Source: Chrysomallon squamiferum | Taxonomy: Eukaryota > Animalia > Mollusca | Direction of reading: 5' to 3' | Assembly: GCA_012295275.1 (NCBI GenBank) | Contig: CM022671.1 | Coordinates: forward strand, 3,410,001 to 3,474,000 | DNA: 64,000 bases | Part shown: positions 41,680 through 54,155 of the stretch, one piece after another | How the letters are laid out: each line of letters opens with the position of its first letter | How positions within the stretch are numbered: position 1 is the stretch's first letter | Position numbers and translations under genes: made by a program | The notes under the pieces: generated by a model | Databases searched by the model: none | The model's input: only the letters and a program-made list of their open reading frames with translations | What the model was told of the DNA's origin: nothing

Positions 41680-42095
41680 TACATTAAACTTCAACAGCTC
41701 AAAACTGAACTAGATTTGTATAAAAAAAAATATTCATGAAAAATAATGTACAAATATACACTTTTAAATTCTGATAGTTCAAAACTGAACATGATCTGTA
41801 TACAGAAATGTACATTAAAAAAAAAAAGTATAAATAAGTACTTTTAAACTTTGACAGCTAAAAACTTAAAAAGATCAATATAAATAAAAATACATAAAAA
41901 ATAATGAATAAAAATGAACTTTTAAACTTTGATAGCTAAAAACTAAACAAGATCAGTATAAAGAAATACACACACACACCCAAAAAAGTATAAATATGTA
42001 CTTTTAAACTTTGATAGCGAAAAACAGAACAAAACAGGTTAAAAAAAATGTAATAGAATTTCTTTTTTTTTATAAATAAGAACTTTTAAACTTTT
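41680..42095. repeat. Degenerate 80-bp tandem repeat, about 5-6 copies
   Basis: acttttaaa(c/t)tt anchor at about 41760, 41840, 41918, 42000 and 42082; most copies continue with tgatagctaaaaactgaac-like sequence. Confidence 0.75.
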
Positions 42096-42609
42096 TGTAC
42101 AGAGTGTTGACGTGTGTGTGTCCAGTCTGGTTAGTGAGACTGAAGTGAGAGCACTGAGGGATGAACAGAGAACAGTCTGAGGAAATGGGTGATAATGGCT
42201 GCAAATTAACAGTGTGGAAATGGGCTCTGTGTGATATCTGGTCAGTGTACAGACCACAACAGATGACAATAAACAGATTATCTAGGTTAATCAAAACACC
42301 AGGAGTTAATGATGTTTTCTCTCATTCATCTTCACAAACACATGCATGCACGCACACACACACACACACACGTATATGCATATTTACACGCACACACGCA
42401 CACAAATACATGTTATAAAGACATATCCGTGCATATGTAACATATTTAAAGTTTCTTAAAACAAATTTTAAGAAAAATAAGAGAATTGTAGTTTTCTAAT
42501 CAACACTAATAACCACCAACTATTTAAAAGGTGTAAATAAAACAATAAAAACAGTGTTTGTGTGATTCTTAACACATTACAAAATACCAAAACTGTTAAA
42601 CATACAATA

Positions 42610-42975
42610 TTAACATAGTTAAACAGAAATTATCAACATAGTTAAGCACAGTTAAACACACAAAATTAACAGTTAAACACAGTATCAATGCACAATAGCA
42701 ACACAAAGAGTTAAACAGTGTCAACACACAGTATCAACAGTTACACACATTATCAACACAAAGTTAAACGCTTCACAAAGTTAAACACAGTATCAACACA
42801 AAGTTAAACAGAGTATCAACAGTTACAGTATCAACACAAAGTTAAACATACAGTATCAACACAAAGTTAAACACAGAGTATCAACAGTTACAGTATCAAC
42901 ACAAAGTTAAACACACAATATCAATACAAAGTTAAACACACATTATCAACACACAGTATCAACACAAAGTTAAAG
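42610..42975. repeat. Complex short-unit tandem repeat built from agttaaacac and agtatcaacac modules
   Basis: Repeated cagtatcaacacaaagttaaac with variable spacing. Confidence 0.85.
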
Positions 42976-43009
42976 ACTTTCTCAGTGCAGTTTAACCCTG
43001 CAGACCTTC

Positions 43010-43670
43010 CTGTTCCCGCTGACATGTAATAACTCTTGCATGCACTAATTTTAATTGAAAAACATTTCTATGCAAATGCAAAAACTAATCAGTGGACTGA
43101 CTTTGTATGCAGATGACGATGTGGCCAATGACCAGCACCACCACCACCACCACTGCACCACGACCCCTCTGTACCTGTGGTGACAGTAATTATCTAATTA
43201 TCTGCGTCAGGTCTCGTCACAGCTTTCATTCAGGAGCAGGTTGAGAGGACACTTCTCCGCTATCACACACCAGTGTTGAAGATTAACCACGTCCTCGGAG
43301 AACGCAAACAATCACAGAGGAGAGCAGCGAGAATTACTTTTGTGAGCAAAAACATGCGAGTGGACATGCAGAGCAGAGAAAGCATGTCTCGGCCAAAATG
43401 AAGCAGCTCTGTATGGAGATTGTTTTAATTTGTTATTCATCAACTCTCTGTTTTTACATTGCTTATTTTGACCATGTCGACGAGCACAAACTGTTTTTTT
43501 TTTTTCACTCCGCTTGTTAAATATTCATGTTGTGTTTTGTTTGTTTGTTCTCAGAGCTCAGACACACACAGGTTGCGTTTTCTCAGACGCTTTCATACCC
43601 TGGTGTCTCAGGAAAATAAAAACAGTCGTGAAAAAAATAAATTAAATAAAGTTCTAGACGATACATCACT
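43010..43670. promoter_or_regulatory. CpG-rich island, candidate promoter or enhancer
   Basis: About 18 CpG; octamer ATGCAAAT 43070-43077; CCAAT 43125-43129; TGACAG 43181-43186 abutting a tandem TAATTATC-TAATTATC at 43187-43202. Confidence 0.4.
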
Positions 43671-44600
43671 ATATTCTGTATAATATATTTTACATCTTTT
43701 AGAAAACATTTCACAAGTTTATTTGGAAATTTATAATCCCCAGTCATTATTTTGTCATTATCTTCATTCTAAACAACTTCAGATATATTTCCTAACACAT
43801 TTGTTAAATATTTGGCAAAAGAGTTTTTGATTGATTTTTTTACAGTATTCACAGTCTTTATTCTCAACTTTGTTACAAACTAATTTGTTTCCCTTCATTT
43901 TTATGTGTTTAGAGGTGGGTGTCTTAATTATCCACTCTAAATCCTTGGTGTGTATATATATATATATATATGCAACACTGTTATGAACTAAAGTTATTCA
44001 AAATTTTACAACCTATTTTTGAATAATGACATCTTTAACATCATTATAGCAAATGATCAACATGTTAATTTGGAATGTCACAATTCTGCAGTAATTGTTT
44101 CTGAATTTTATCATGTCCTTTTTTTCCCCCAATAATCTTTAAATCTTTAGCATCATTTATAAGATATACAAGATTTTTTAGGATAGCCTATGCATATTAA
44201 TGTGTTAACACACCATCTAAAACTAATGCTTATGTAAAATAAATTTGTGTAAATAAATTACAGTATTTTTGTACTTTGTCATATTTTGTTTCTTCACTAC
44301 TAAAATGGGTCTAATGGCAAACAAATTTGAATTACAATAGAAATATAAGCTACATAAGCATCACACTGCAATAATTAGATACAACACTCTAGAGAATCTG
44401 TCATAACCAAATGAACTGTGAATGATAAATTGGTCAAAATGGATATTAAGGAAGACAAAATTACATGCTCTGAAGGAATTCAAAAGGTTTACTTTGAATG
44501 TGATGACACTGAAATAATAATTTTAATTTTAATCTTTATTTCTAACATTATTACAAATTATAATTTCTAGCTATCTTTTATATCTTTTCGCATAAAGTAT

Positions 44601-45818
44601 TACTATATTCTCTGTAATGTAATATACTCTAGTCTTTATAATGTAATATACTATCGTCTCTATAATGTAATATACTATCGTCTCTATAATGTAATATACT
44701 AGTCTCTATAATGTAATACACTATAGTCCCTATAAGGTAATATACTAGTCTCTGTAATGTAATATACTAGTCTTTATACTGTAATATACTACAGTCACTA
44801 TAATGTAATATACTACAGTCTCTATAATGTAATATACTACAGTCTCTATAATGTAATATACTAGTCTCTATAATGTAATATACTACAGTCTATAATGTAG
44901 TCTTTATAATGTAATATACTATAGTCTCTATAATGTAATATATACTACAGTCTCTATAATGTAATATAATAATGTAATATACTATAGTCTCTAAATGTAA
45001 TATACTATAGTCTCTATAATGTAATATACTACAGTCTCTATAATAATATAATATAGTCTATATAATGTCTCTATAATGTAATATATACTACAGTCTCTAT
45101 AATGTAATATACTATAGTCTCTATAATGTAATATACTACAGTCTCTATAATGTAATATACTACAGTCTCTATAATGTAATATATAGTCTCTATAATGTAA
45201 TATACTACAGTCTCTATAATGTAATATACTACAGTCTCTATAATGTAATATACTATAGTCTCTATAATGTAATATACTACAGTCTCTATAATGTAATACA
45301 CTACAGTCCCTATAATGTAATATACTACAGTCTCTATAATGTAATATACTATAGTCCCTATAATGTAATATACTACAGTCTCTATAATGTAATACACTAT
45401 AGTCTCTATAATGTAATATACTACAGTCTCTATAATGTAATATACTACAGTCTCTATAATGTAATATACTATAGTCTCTATAATGTAATATACTACAGTC
45501 TCTATAATGTAATATACTACAGTCTCTATAATGTAATATACTATAGTCTCTATAATGTAATATACTACAGTCTCTATAATGTAATATACTTACAGTCTCT
45601 ATAATGTAATATAGTATAGTCTCTATAATGTAATATACTATAGTCTCTATAATGTAATATACTACAGTCTCTATAATGTAATATAGTCTCTATAATGTAA
45701 TACACTATAGTCTCTATAATGTAATATACTATAGTCTTTATAATGTAATATAGTATAGTCTCTATAATGTAATATACTATAGTCTCTATAATGTAATATA
45801 CTACAGTCTCTATAATGT
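44601..45818. repeat. 24-bp minisatellite, about 50 copies
   Basis: Unit tataatgtaatatacta(c/t)agtctc; it gives rise to the spurious minus-strand YYIIETVV-repeat ORFs. Confidence 0.97.
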
Positions 45819-46638
45819 CTTGACCACTTTCATGTTTATGTATGGCATGCAATTCTGTAATACCACAAAGCAGTTTTACATAAAATATCACAAGTTGTCT
45901 AATATGCTATGTAAAATTATGGATTTTCCAAGCTAAGTATCAGTTTAATACAAAATAAAATCAGTTTCAGTCCTTCTAAAATATTAATCAGTCAGATGTA
46001 AATAATGTGACATTTACTGATTTAGAACTTTTGAAAAAAAAAAAAACTAAACTACTTAATTATTTCTAATATTATAATAACATTACAGATTTTTTTTTTT
46101 TTTTTTTTACTAAATAAGACCTTTGCCTAGAACCACTCTAAATCTTTATCCTCTGTAATTCAGATTAAATATTTTAATAATAATAATAATAATTAAATCT
46201 TAAAATAAGCATAAAGAAGACTGAAACAGTTTAAACATTATTATTATTATTTTTTTTTATATATATATGTTGTGTTTGTTCAGAAGCTTTTCATAATTTT
46301 ATATAACAAGTAAATCATCTTATTTCGTATGACTGATTTTTCTAACATATACAATTTATTGAACTATTGTGAATTACAGTAAACAAGTTTTCATTTTGTT
46401 TTCTTCAATACATGTGTGTGTAGTTGATGAATATTTGCATGTGTGTATTTTCAAATACTTCTTTGTTGTTTCTTACTTTCTACTAACATCTTTGTGTACT
46501 TTTTTTATTTCTTTGTTCTTTTGTTATTTCCACTAATTTTCTTGTGTGTACTGCATATATATCTATTTATGTATGTAAATATCTGTGTTTGTCTGTTTGT
46601 TTTTATTAGTGGGCAGAGTTCATTAACCTTAACCAGTA

Positions 46639-46689
<51 letters not shown>

Positions 46690-47214
46690 ACATAAATATA
46701 AATAAGAATAATACTGTCTGAAGATTAAACAGCTAATCACATATGACAGTGGTGTTTGAAATATGTGTATCACATTACATGTGGATGACCTGTAGATTGC
46801 TGGACACCACAATAGTTATCTGCACTGGTCAGTAAAATTAAACTATTTAAAGTGTGTATTTCTTATACATATTCACACAATCTTGTACTCATTCATATAT
46901 TCCTGTATACATTCAGACATTTCTGTATACATTCATACATTCTTGTATACATCCACCCATTAAAGCATTCTTGTTTATATTCAAACATTCTTAAATACAT
47001 TCTAATATACATTTATACCTTTTATACACATTCATATATTCACGTATATATTCATACATTGTTCTATACATTCATACATTATCTGATACATTTGTACATT
47101 CTTGCATGGATTTGTTGATCAGTTATGTATATATGTACATCTTTCCCTTTATCTGTGTGTGTCTGTATGTCTGTATACACATGTGTCTGTGAATGCCTAT
47201 GTATTTATTTGTTT

Positions 47215-47430
47215 ATAAGAGAAGAAACCTAGTATGTCCACACTGGGAACTATTATCACATAGCAACAAGTGATCCTTCACACACACCTTCCCTGGAACA
47301 GGAAAACTGCATGGCATTTGAAAAAAACACCCATCATCATGGAGAAATTGTTGGAATATATAAAACCTGGTACACTAACAGGGATTGATCCTGGTAGCTA
47401 TCATTCCTCAGGCCATACTATCTCCACTGT
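47215..47430 (-). mobile_element. Highly degenerate SINE-like copy
   Basis: agcaacaagtgatccttca is the reverse complement of the taaaagatcccttgctg-like block; gggattgatcctg corresponds to gatttgatcctg at about 58006-58017; motifs are in the expected order. Confidence 0.4.
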
Positions 47431-47770
47431 ATTGCTGTTCTTTATGTAAACAAATCAAGATATCTGAAATGCCAGTGTGTGAGATAATTGCTTTTCTCAA
47501 ATAATAAATTGTTTTTGTTCGGCTCATAAAACACAGTCATAATTTCATTAGCTTGGACAGCTTTCATAGACCCTGTGTGTTTATTCCGTTGTTTTCTCCT
47601 CAACTATTAACTTTCACCAAACAACAATTACTATAATCAAATGGTTTTAATTATCCATGAAATGAGAGGCAAAATGTCTGTGGTGGAAGTTTTATTTGTT
47701 ACTTTTCTGTCATACAATTGTTAGTATTAGTCCCATACAAGATTCATCATTATGTTACTGCCACAAGAAC

Positions 47771-48185
47771 TACTACAGTAACATAATTTTACCAGTATTG
47801 CTAGTACCATAATTATTCTGAATATTGCAACATTTACCATACAACTACAACATCTACAACTACTACAGAAATATAACTTTACCAGTATTACTATTACCAT
47901 AATTATTCCTCAATATTACAAAATTTACTAAAGAACTACTACAGTAAAACTACTACAGAAATATAACTTTACCAGTATTGATATTACCATAATTATTCCT
48001 AAATATTGCAACATTTACTATACAACTACAACATCTACAACTACTACAGTAATATAACTTTACCTCCACCATTATTCCTGAATATTGCTATATTTACTAT
48101 ACAACTACAACATCTACAACTACTACAGTAATATAACTTTACCTCCACCATTATTACTGAATACTGCTATATTTACTATAAGTTA
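47771..48185. repeat. Tandem repeat: three 90-91 bp units followed by two 79-bp deletion-variant units
   Basis: tactacag(t/a)aa(c/t)ataa(c/t)tttacc at 47771, 47861, 47951, 48042 and 48121. Confidence 0.85.
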
Positions 48186-49813
48186 AAATTAACCATTATT
48201 CCTGAATACCACTATATTTAACATATACAACTACAATATTATCATCATTACTTAAAATAAGTATTTGACAGTTCACTGCAACTACCAATGTTACCACTCA
48301 AGAACATACAACAGCAGCATCTATTATTACATCATTACAACAACAACATCTATTTATCACCACTGCAACCAGCAAATGTTATCATCATTTCTGAAACAGC
48401 AACATCTAAAATTATGCCACCACAACTACAACAGACATGTATATTACATACCATTACTACTACATCTATAACCATACCATTACAACTACTACTACTACAA
48501 CAACTACAACTACATTTTCTAATACTACTGCTAGTATTTACATCACGAGTAAGATTTGACAAATAGCTACACAAATTCCATGTGTCTGAGACTGAAGTGA
48601 AATCTGTATCACAATTAATATGGCTACCTTTTTTCTCATTAACATTTCCAATTAGCTAAAACCAGGTAGAAACATCCAGTGCACTGGACACAGGATATCA
48701 TTTACTCAGTCTTAACGAGCTGGCAGACTGATGAGAAAAAGCAGGTTAACGACTTTACAGGTAATCTGGTATAAATAAAACATACTTTGTGACTGTCCAT
48801 ATTCAAAAATCTCGCCATTAAGATTAATTTTATCTCCTAATGGAATCATGCAATTCTCTGTTATTAAAGCTTTTTTTTATTTTTATTAATGATAATAAAT
48901 CAAGTCCATTAGGAATCATTTTCTAGTGTATAAAATGTAATTAGAGTACCCTTTATTTATATCCATATGACTATATAAACTGATCTGTAAGCATACATGT
49001 TTTTTCTTGTTTTGCAGATTAATAATTAAATACCTGTTAAATATATTTTATTAATGAGCACACACACACACAGACACACAAATACAAACATACACACAGA
49101 CACAGACACAAAAAATACATGCACACACAAAAATATAGACATATATACAAAAACACAATATATATATACACATACAAAACACAGTCACTAACACAGACAC
49201 ATATACATACACACTTTATACAACTCAGAAAAGTACAGAAAACTATTCTTACAGGCCAGATGACATACAAGTCATAGTTGTATCTTATCAAAGAAGAAGA
49301 AGAGAATGAAAAATAAATTAAAATAAAGAATCCCATAAAAAAGCAGAAATAAGAACCTACATATAAAAATTAGATTCAAGTGAAACCAGTACATAAAAAA
49401 AAAAAAAAAAAAAAAAACTACCTAAATGACTTTAATTCTAACAGCATTAGACAAAGAAGCAGAATAAAGTAAAACATTGAACAAAATTGACAGATAAAAT
49501 TCATCAAAGTGCATTCCTGATGAAAGTCTATTAGTCACTAAATAATTATCTAAATAAAACTTCCCTGAGATCACTGGATCAGGTGTTCTTGGTGCACTTA
49601 TTGACCTTTTTCCAGTTCTAGCTAACATGCCATCACTGGTGTATTAAATACTACATGTACTCTTAGTCTAAGAGAAGCTGTAACTGAAGTTTGACTGAAT
49701 CATTACAGTTACGTGCTTTCAATTTAAGAGAAAGTGCATATAAAACTTTCCAGAAAAACAAACTGTTTGTAGGCTTCATTTCTCATTATATACCTAATTG
49801 ATATACACAATTA

Positions 49814-49815
49814 TG

Positions 49816-49850
<35 letters not shown>

Positions 49851-49996
49851 GTTTGTATGTGTATGTATGTGTGTGTGGACACAGAGAGAGAGAGATTGAG
49901 AGAGTGACAGAGAGAGATAGAGAGACAGAGAGAGAGAGCAGACAGAGAGAGAGACAGAGAGAGAGTGAGCAGAGTGACAGAGACAGAGAGAGACAC

Positions 49997-50027
<31 letters not shown>
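49814..50027. repeat. Compound (TG)n-(GA/GACA)n microsatellite
   Basis: TG tract followed directly by a GA/GACA tract. Confidence 0.93.
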
Positions 50028-50499
50028 ATTGGTTACTGACTTAAGGTATCAGCTTCATCCTGCAAAGATAAGAAGAGACTGACACAGAATTTTTTATATC
50101 AAATTTTCATTTTGATCTTATGCAAATATAAGAGAGATATTCTTTCATTCATTGATATATCAAACCATCCATCCATCCATCCATCCATATATTCATCCAT
50201 ATATTTATTCATTTATCCACTCAACCATGGATCAACTTCCATTCACCATTATTTTATTTGTTCTCACCAGACTGAAGTGACAAAGTGACGGAAGGTTAAT
50301 GTTTGACAATGTTGAGAAGAGTCAAGGAACTTTAATTGCCATGTTTAGTCTCACTGATTCTTTGTCAACAGCAGCAAGTCACCTGGGTAATCACAACCGA
50401 GAAAACAGCTTTCACTTGTAACAGTGTTGAAAACAAAACTTCCTGTCAACAGATCCCAGCACCATTCCTTCTCTCCGAATTACCGTTTCATCCATTATT

Positions 50500-51000
50500 T
50501 TCTATTATGATCCTTTTGTGTTTTTATTTTCCATTAATATCCTTTTGTTCTTTCCTAATATCCACTGATTTTCTCTTTGATCTTTTATTTTTGACTTTTA
50601 TTGACTGTAGTTTCCACAGAATTTTTTTGTTCTGCCTTCTAATATCTCTGTATTTTTGAACATCTTTTTTGGATGCTATTTTCAAATACTTCTTTGCTGT
50701 TTTTTATTTTCAACTAATATCTTTGTGTTCTTTTTTTATTTCTTTATTCTTTTGTTATTTCCATTAATTTTGTTTATTATTACTCTCTACTAACATCACT
50801 TTATATTTAAAAATGTTTTCCACTAATATACTGTTAGAAGTTTTTGTTTCATTTTCTGTCCTTTTGTTCCTTCTTATTTTCCACTAATATTTTTTGGTAC
50901 TTTCCAATTTTCCACTAATATATTTTTCTTACTCTTTTCTGCTAATATTTCTTTATTTTATTTTATTTTCCACTAACTTTTTGTTGTTTTCTCCTAATGT
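50500..51000. repeat. Degenerate T-rich repeat (ttccactaatat modules)
   Basis: Many tttccactaata/ttccattaat blocks; 50677-50771 also matches 46446-46540. Confidence 0.6.
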
Positions 51001-51331
51001 ATGTGAAACAAATCTGTCAGTCTTTGCAGTCAGTGGATGCAAATGATTCCATCTCTCTTAAAATAAATAAATGAATGACTGAGTGAGTGAGTAAATAAAT
51101 AAATTAATTAATTAATCTGTCTTTCTTAATTTTTTAAAAATAAATTTCTCTCGTCTTCATTTTCTTTGATCAGAAATCAATCAGTATTGTAACGTGATGT
51201 CAGTAAATATCTAAGCATTCCATTGGGTGCAATTGTAAAGCTTCCAACATCACATTAATTTCACTCAATCCAACATTAAAACTTTTTTTTTTTTTTTTTT
51301 TTTATCAAACATTAGGGTAATTTTTTACCTG

Positions 51332-51380
<49 letters not shown>

Positions 51381-51660
51381 AAAATGAAGAAGAAGTGAGA
51401 AAAAAAAAAAGAAGAAAAAGTAAATTAAGTGTAAATTAATCTGGAAAGAGAAGTCTTCTGCTGTTGAAAAGATCAGACTGGGACTGAAAGTGTTAATTAT
51501 AGGTGTGCATGATTTACAGACCTCAGTGCAGGTAATGAAAACCTGTCTAATAATGCACATGCAGCAATGTGCCCAAGCTGTTTCTGTGAACACACATGGG
51601 TTAGTAATGTGGAAAACTAGTGCCAACTTGCAAACTTACTTTCTCTCTCACTATTTCTCT

Positions 51661-51663
<3 letters not shown>

Positions 51664-51733
<70 letters not shown>
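51664..51733. repeat. (TC)n microsatellite
   Basis: Perfect TC tract of about 35 units. Confidence 0.97.
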
Positions 51734-51737
<4 letters not shown>

Positions 51738-53949
51738 CTCTATCACATACGCAGTTTTACATAAACTAGGATACGTCAGAGACACTAAACAGAGAAAGTT
51801 ATAAAACCACTGGAACTGAAAACAAATACAAAGTTAGGAAACATGTTTTATTAATTACTGTGGCTGGCTAGTTGTGTATTAAAGCAGAGTTGAGCTGCTG
51901 CATGCAGTGACATGAAAGAAACATAAATCACGTTGTGTTAATTAACCAGGTACATACATGAACACTAGGTAAATATTGACAATGATTAACCACATTCTTC
52001 AACACAAACCAGGAAAAAATGTTTCTTGTGTCAGTCTCACATGTATTAATCATGCAATGTATTTTTTTTGTTTTTTTTTTTTAATTTTATTTATAACATA
52101 ACTTTCTTTTTATTTGCATTATAAAAATGAAGTTATATATGTATGTACAAATTTATTTATATATTAGTTAACTTTTTGTTTTTTATTTTCCATTATATAA
52201 ATGACGTTATATTTATTTTTAATATTAGACACATATTTGTTAGAAGATATGTATAGTTTAATGGAATGGATAGATATCTGGTGTACACATGTGTTGTATA
52301 GATGAAACATGAATTGTTTCTTATTTTCAATTTTTTCACACATGTATGCAAACATATCAATTCAAAAAAAACAAAAACTCATTAAGGGAATCAAGAATCG
52401 ATGTATTAAGAGATGACTTACAAGACTTCATCATGTAAAAATTGATATGTATAATAAATTAATGATAAATGCTTACAAGAACAATAAATCATTTATAACA
52501 ATAACAAGAGTCAAGGAAAAAAAAAGTCCTGTTTATGAGCAAATCTACAGTAGTTCTCTTACTAAAAATGTGATTTATGGCATCACACAAAAAAAAAAAA
52601 AAATGGATTCAGAAGCTCTGTATTTCATTTCTGCAGTAATTCAAAAAACTCTATTTCTCCAAGATTCTAACATAGTGATCATAATCCACTTGTCTTCTTA
52701 CTTGTCACACACTAGTCACATTCATCTTACTTAAAGACAATGTGTCAGTGATGATGACCATCAGAAAGCAACGTTGTACCCCTGTGAGCAACGTCAGTGA
52801 CAACAAACAAAGTGCAAAGATCTTCACCCAGACCAGTGCTTAAAGCTTTTATCAAATATGGCTTCTCGTAATAATTAAATAAAAATAAATACTGTTTTCT
52901 TAAGTGTATTCATATGATAGTGTAAGTTATTTTGGCATGTTGAAAGTTATTCATAAAATGTAATAAAATAAAAAATAAAAAATATAAAAAAAAATATAAG
53001 AAAAAACAAGAAATATAAAATAAATAAATAAATAAAAAGAAAATTAGGGATAAAATAAATAATAAAATTTAGAATAATTTTTTGTTTCTTATAATTTGCT
53101 ATAATGAGAATAAAATCTTTGTAAGTCAGATTTCTTTTATTTTCAGGTTTTTAAAATTTTTATTTTTAAAAAACATTTGTTTTTATATAAAGTCTCTGAA
53201 GCAGTAATGATGTTACATGTAACTTTAAATTAAGAAAGAGACAGAAGAAGAAGTGTAACATTCCTTGAAAGGAAAACACTGACATCTCACTGACATCATA
53301 TTGTCAAAACATCTAATGATGACTGCCATACTCTGGAAAAAACAGGACATGAGCTAATCAATACAAAACTCAACAAACAAGTAAAAAAAACTTCATAATT
53401 TGTCACCCACTCAAACACAATAAAAAAAACTAACAGAAAAAATCAAAACTTTTAAAATTACGCAAATCTCCTTCCACAATGATGACTATAAATGAAGTTG
53501 TTTTTTAAAGCTGAATGATGACATTCAAGTGTTATATTTAAACAAAAATATTATTAATTAACAAATTAATTAACCTATTTATTTATTTATTTATTTATTT
53601 AGCCATTTCATACTAACAACACAAACATATCAACAAAATTTAGAAAGCAAATTAAGAATTTTATTGGCATTGCCTTTATTATATTTTAAATATAATCACA
53701 GAATCTGCATTTTGTAAAATAAAAATTACTGTCAGTTGGGTAAAGCAAATAGAAGAGACTACTGTCACTGACTTAGTGTAAGGTGCAGGTCACATTTTGG
53801 GCTCACAGAAAAGGGTATCAATGTTTTGACCAATTATTGACTATTGATTTTCTGTGTTTTGAAAACTGACAGATCCTGGAATAAAATTAATCTTCAGAAG
53901 ATTAAAAGAAGTGATGATTGCTACAGAAAGTAGTTTGACAGCTTTGTCG

Positions 53950-54155
53950 AAATTATTTAATCTCATGTTTATTTTTATCACAATATTTCATTTGATGTTT
54001 TATCAAAGTTATTTAATTTGATGTTTGTTTTTATTCAACATTATTTAACTGGATGTTGGTTTTTATCAGAATTATTTAATGTGATGTTTGTTTTTACCAA
54101 AGTTATTTAATCTGATGTTTAATTTTTAGGAAATTTATTTATTTTGATGTTTGTT
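53950..54155. repeat. Degenerate repeat of about 31 bp
   Basis: ttatttaat..gatgtttgtttttatca recurs about 7 times. Confidence 0.7.

Noticed and set aside
45071-45891. Minus-strand ORFs encoding (YYIIETVV)n
   Set aside because: Translation of a 24-bp minisatellite that happens to lack stops in one frame; the array has many frame-breaking indels.
48265-48574. Gln/His/Thr-rich and Cys/Ser-rich ORFs
   Set aside because: They derive from (ACA/ACT/CAT)n low-complexity trinucleotide sequence; no coherent gene structure.
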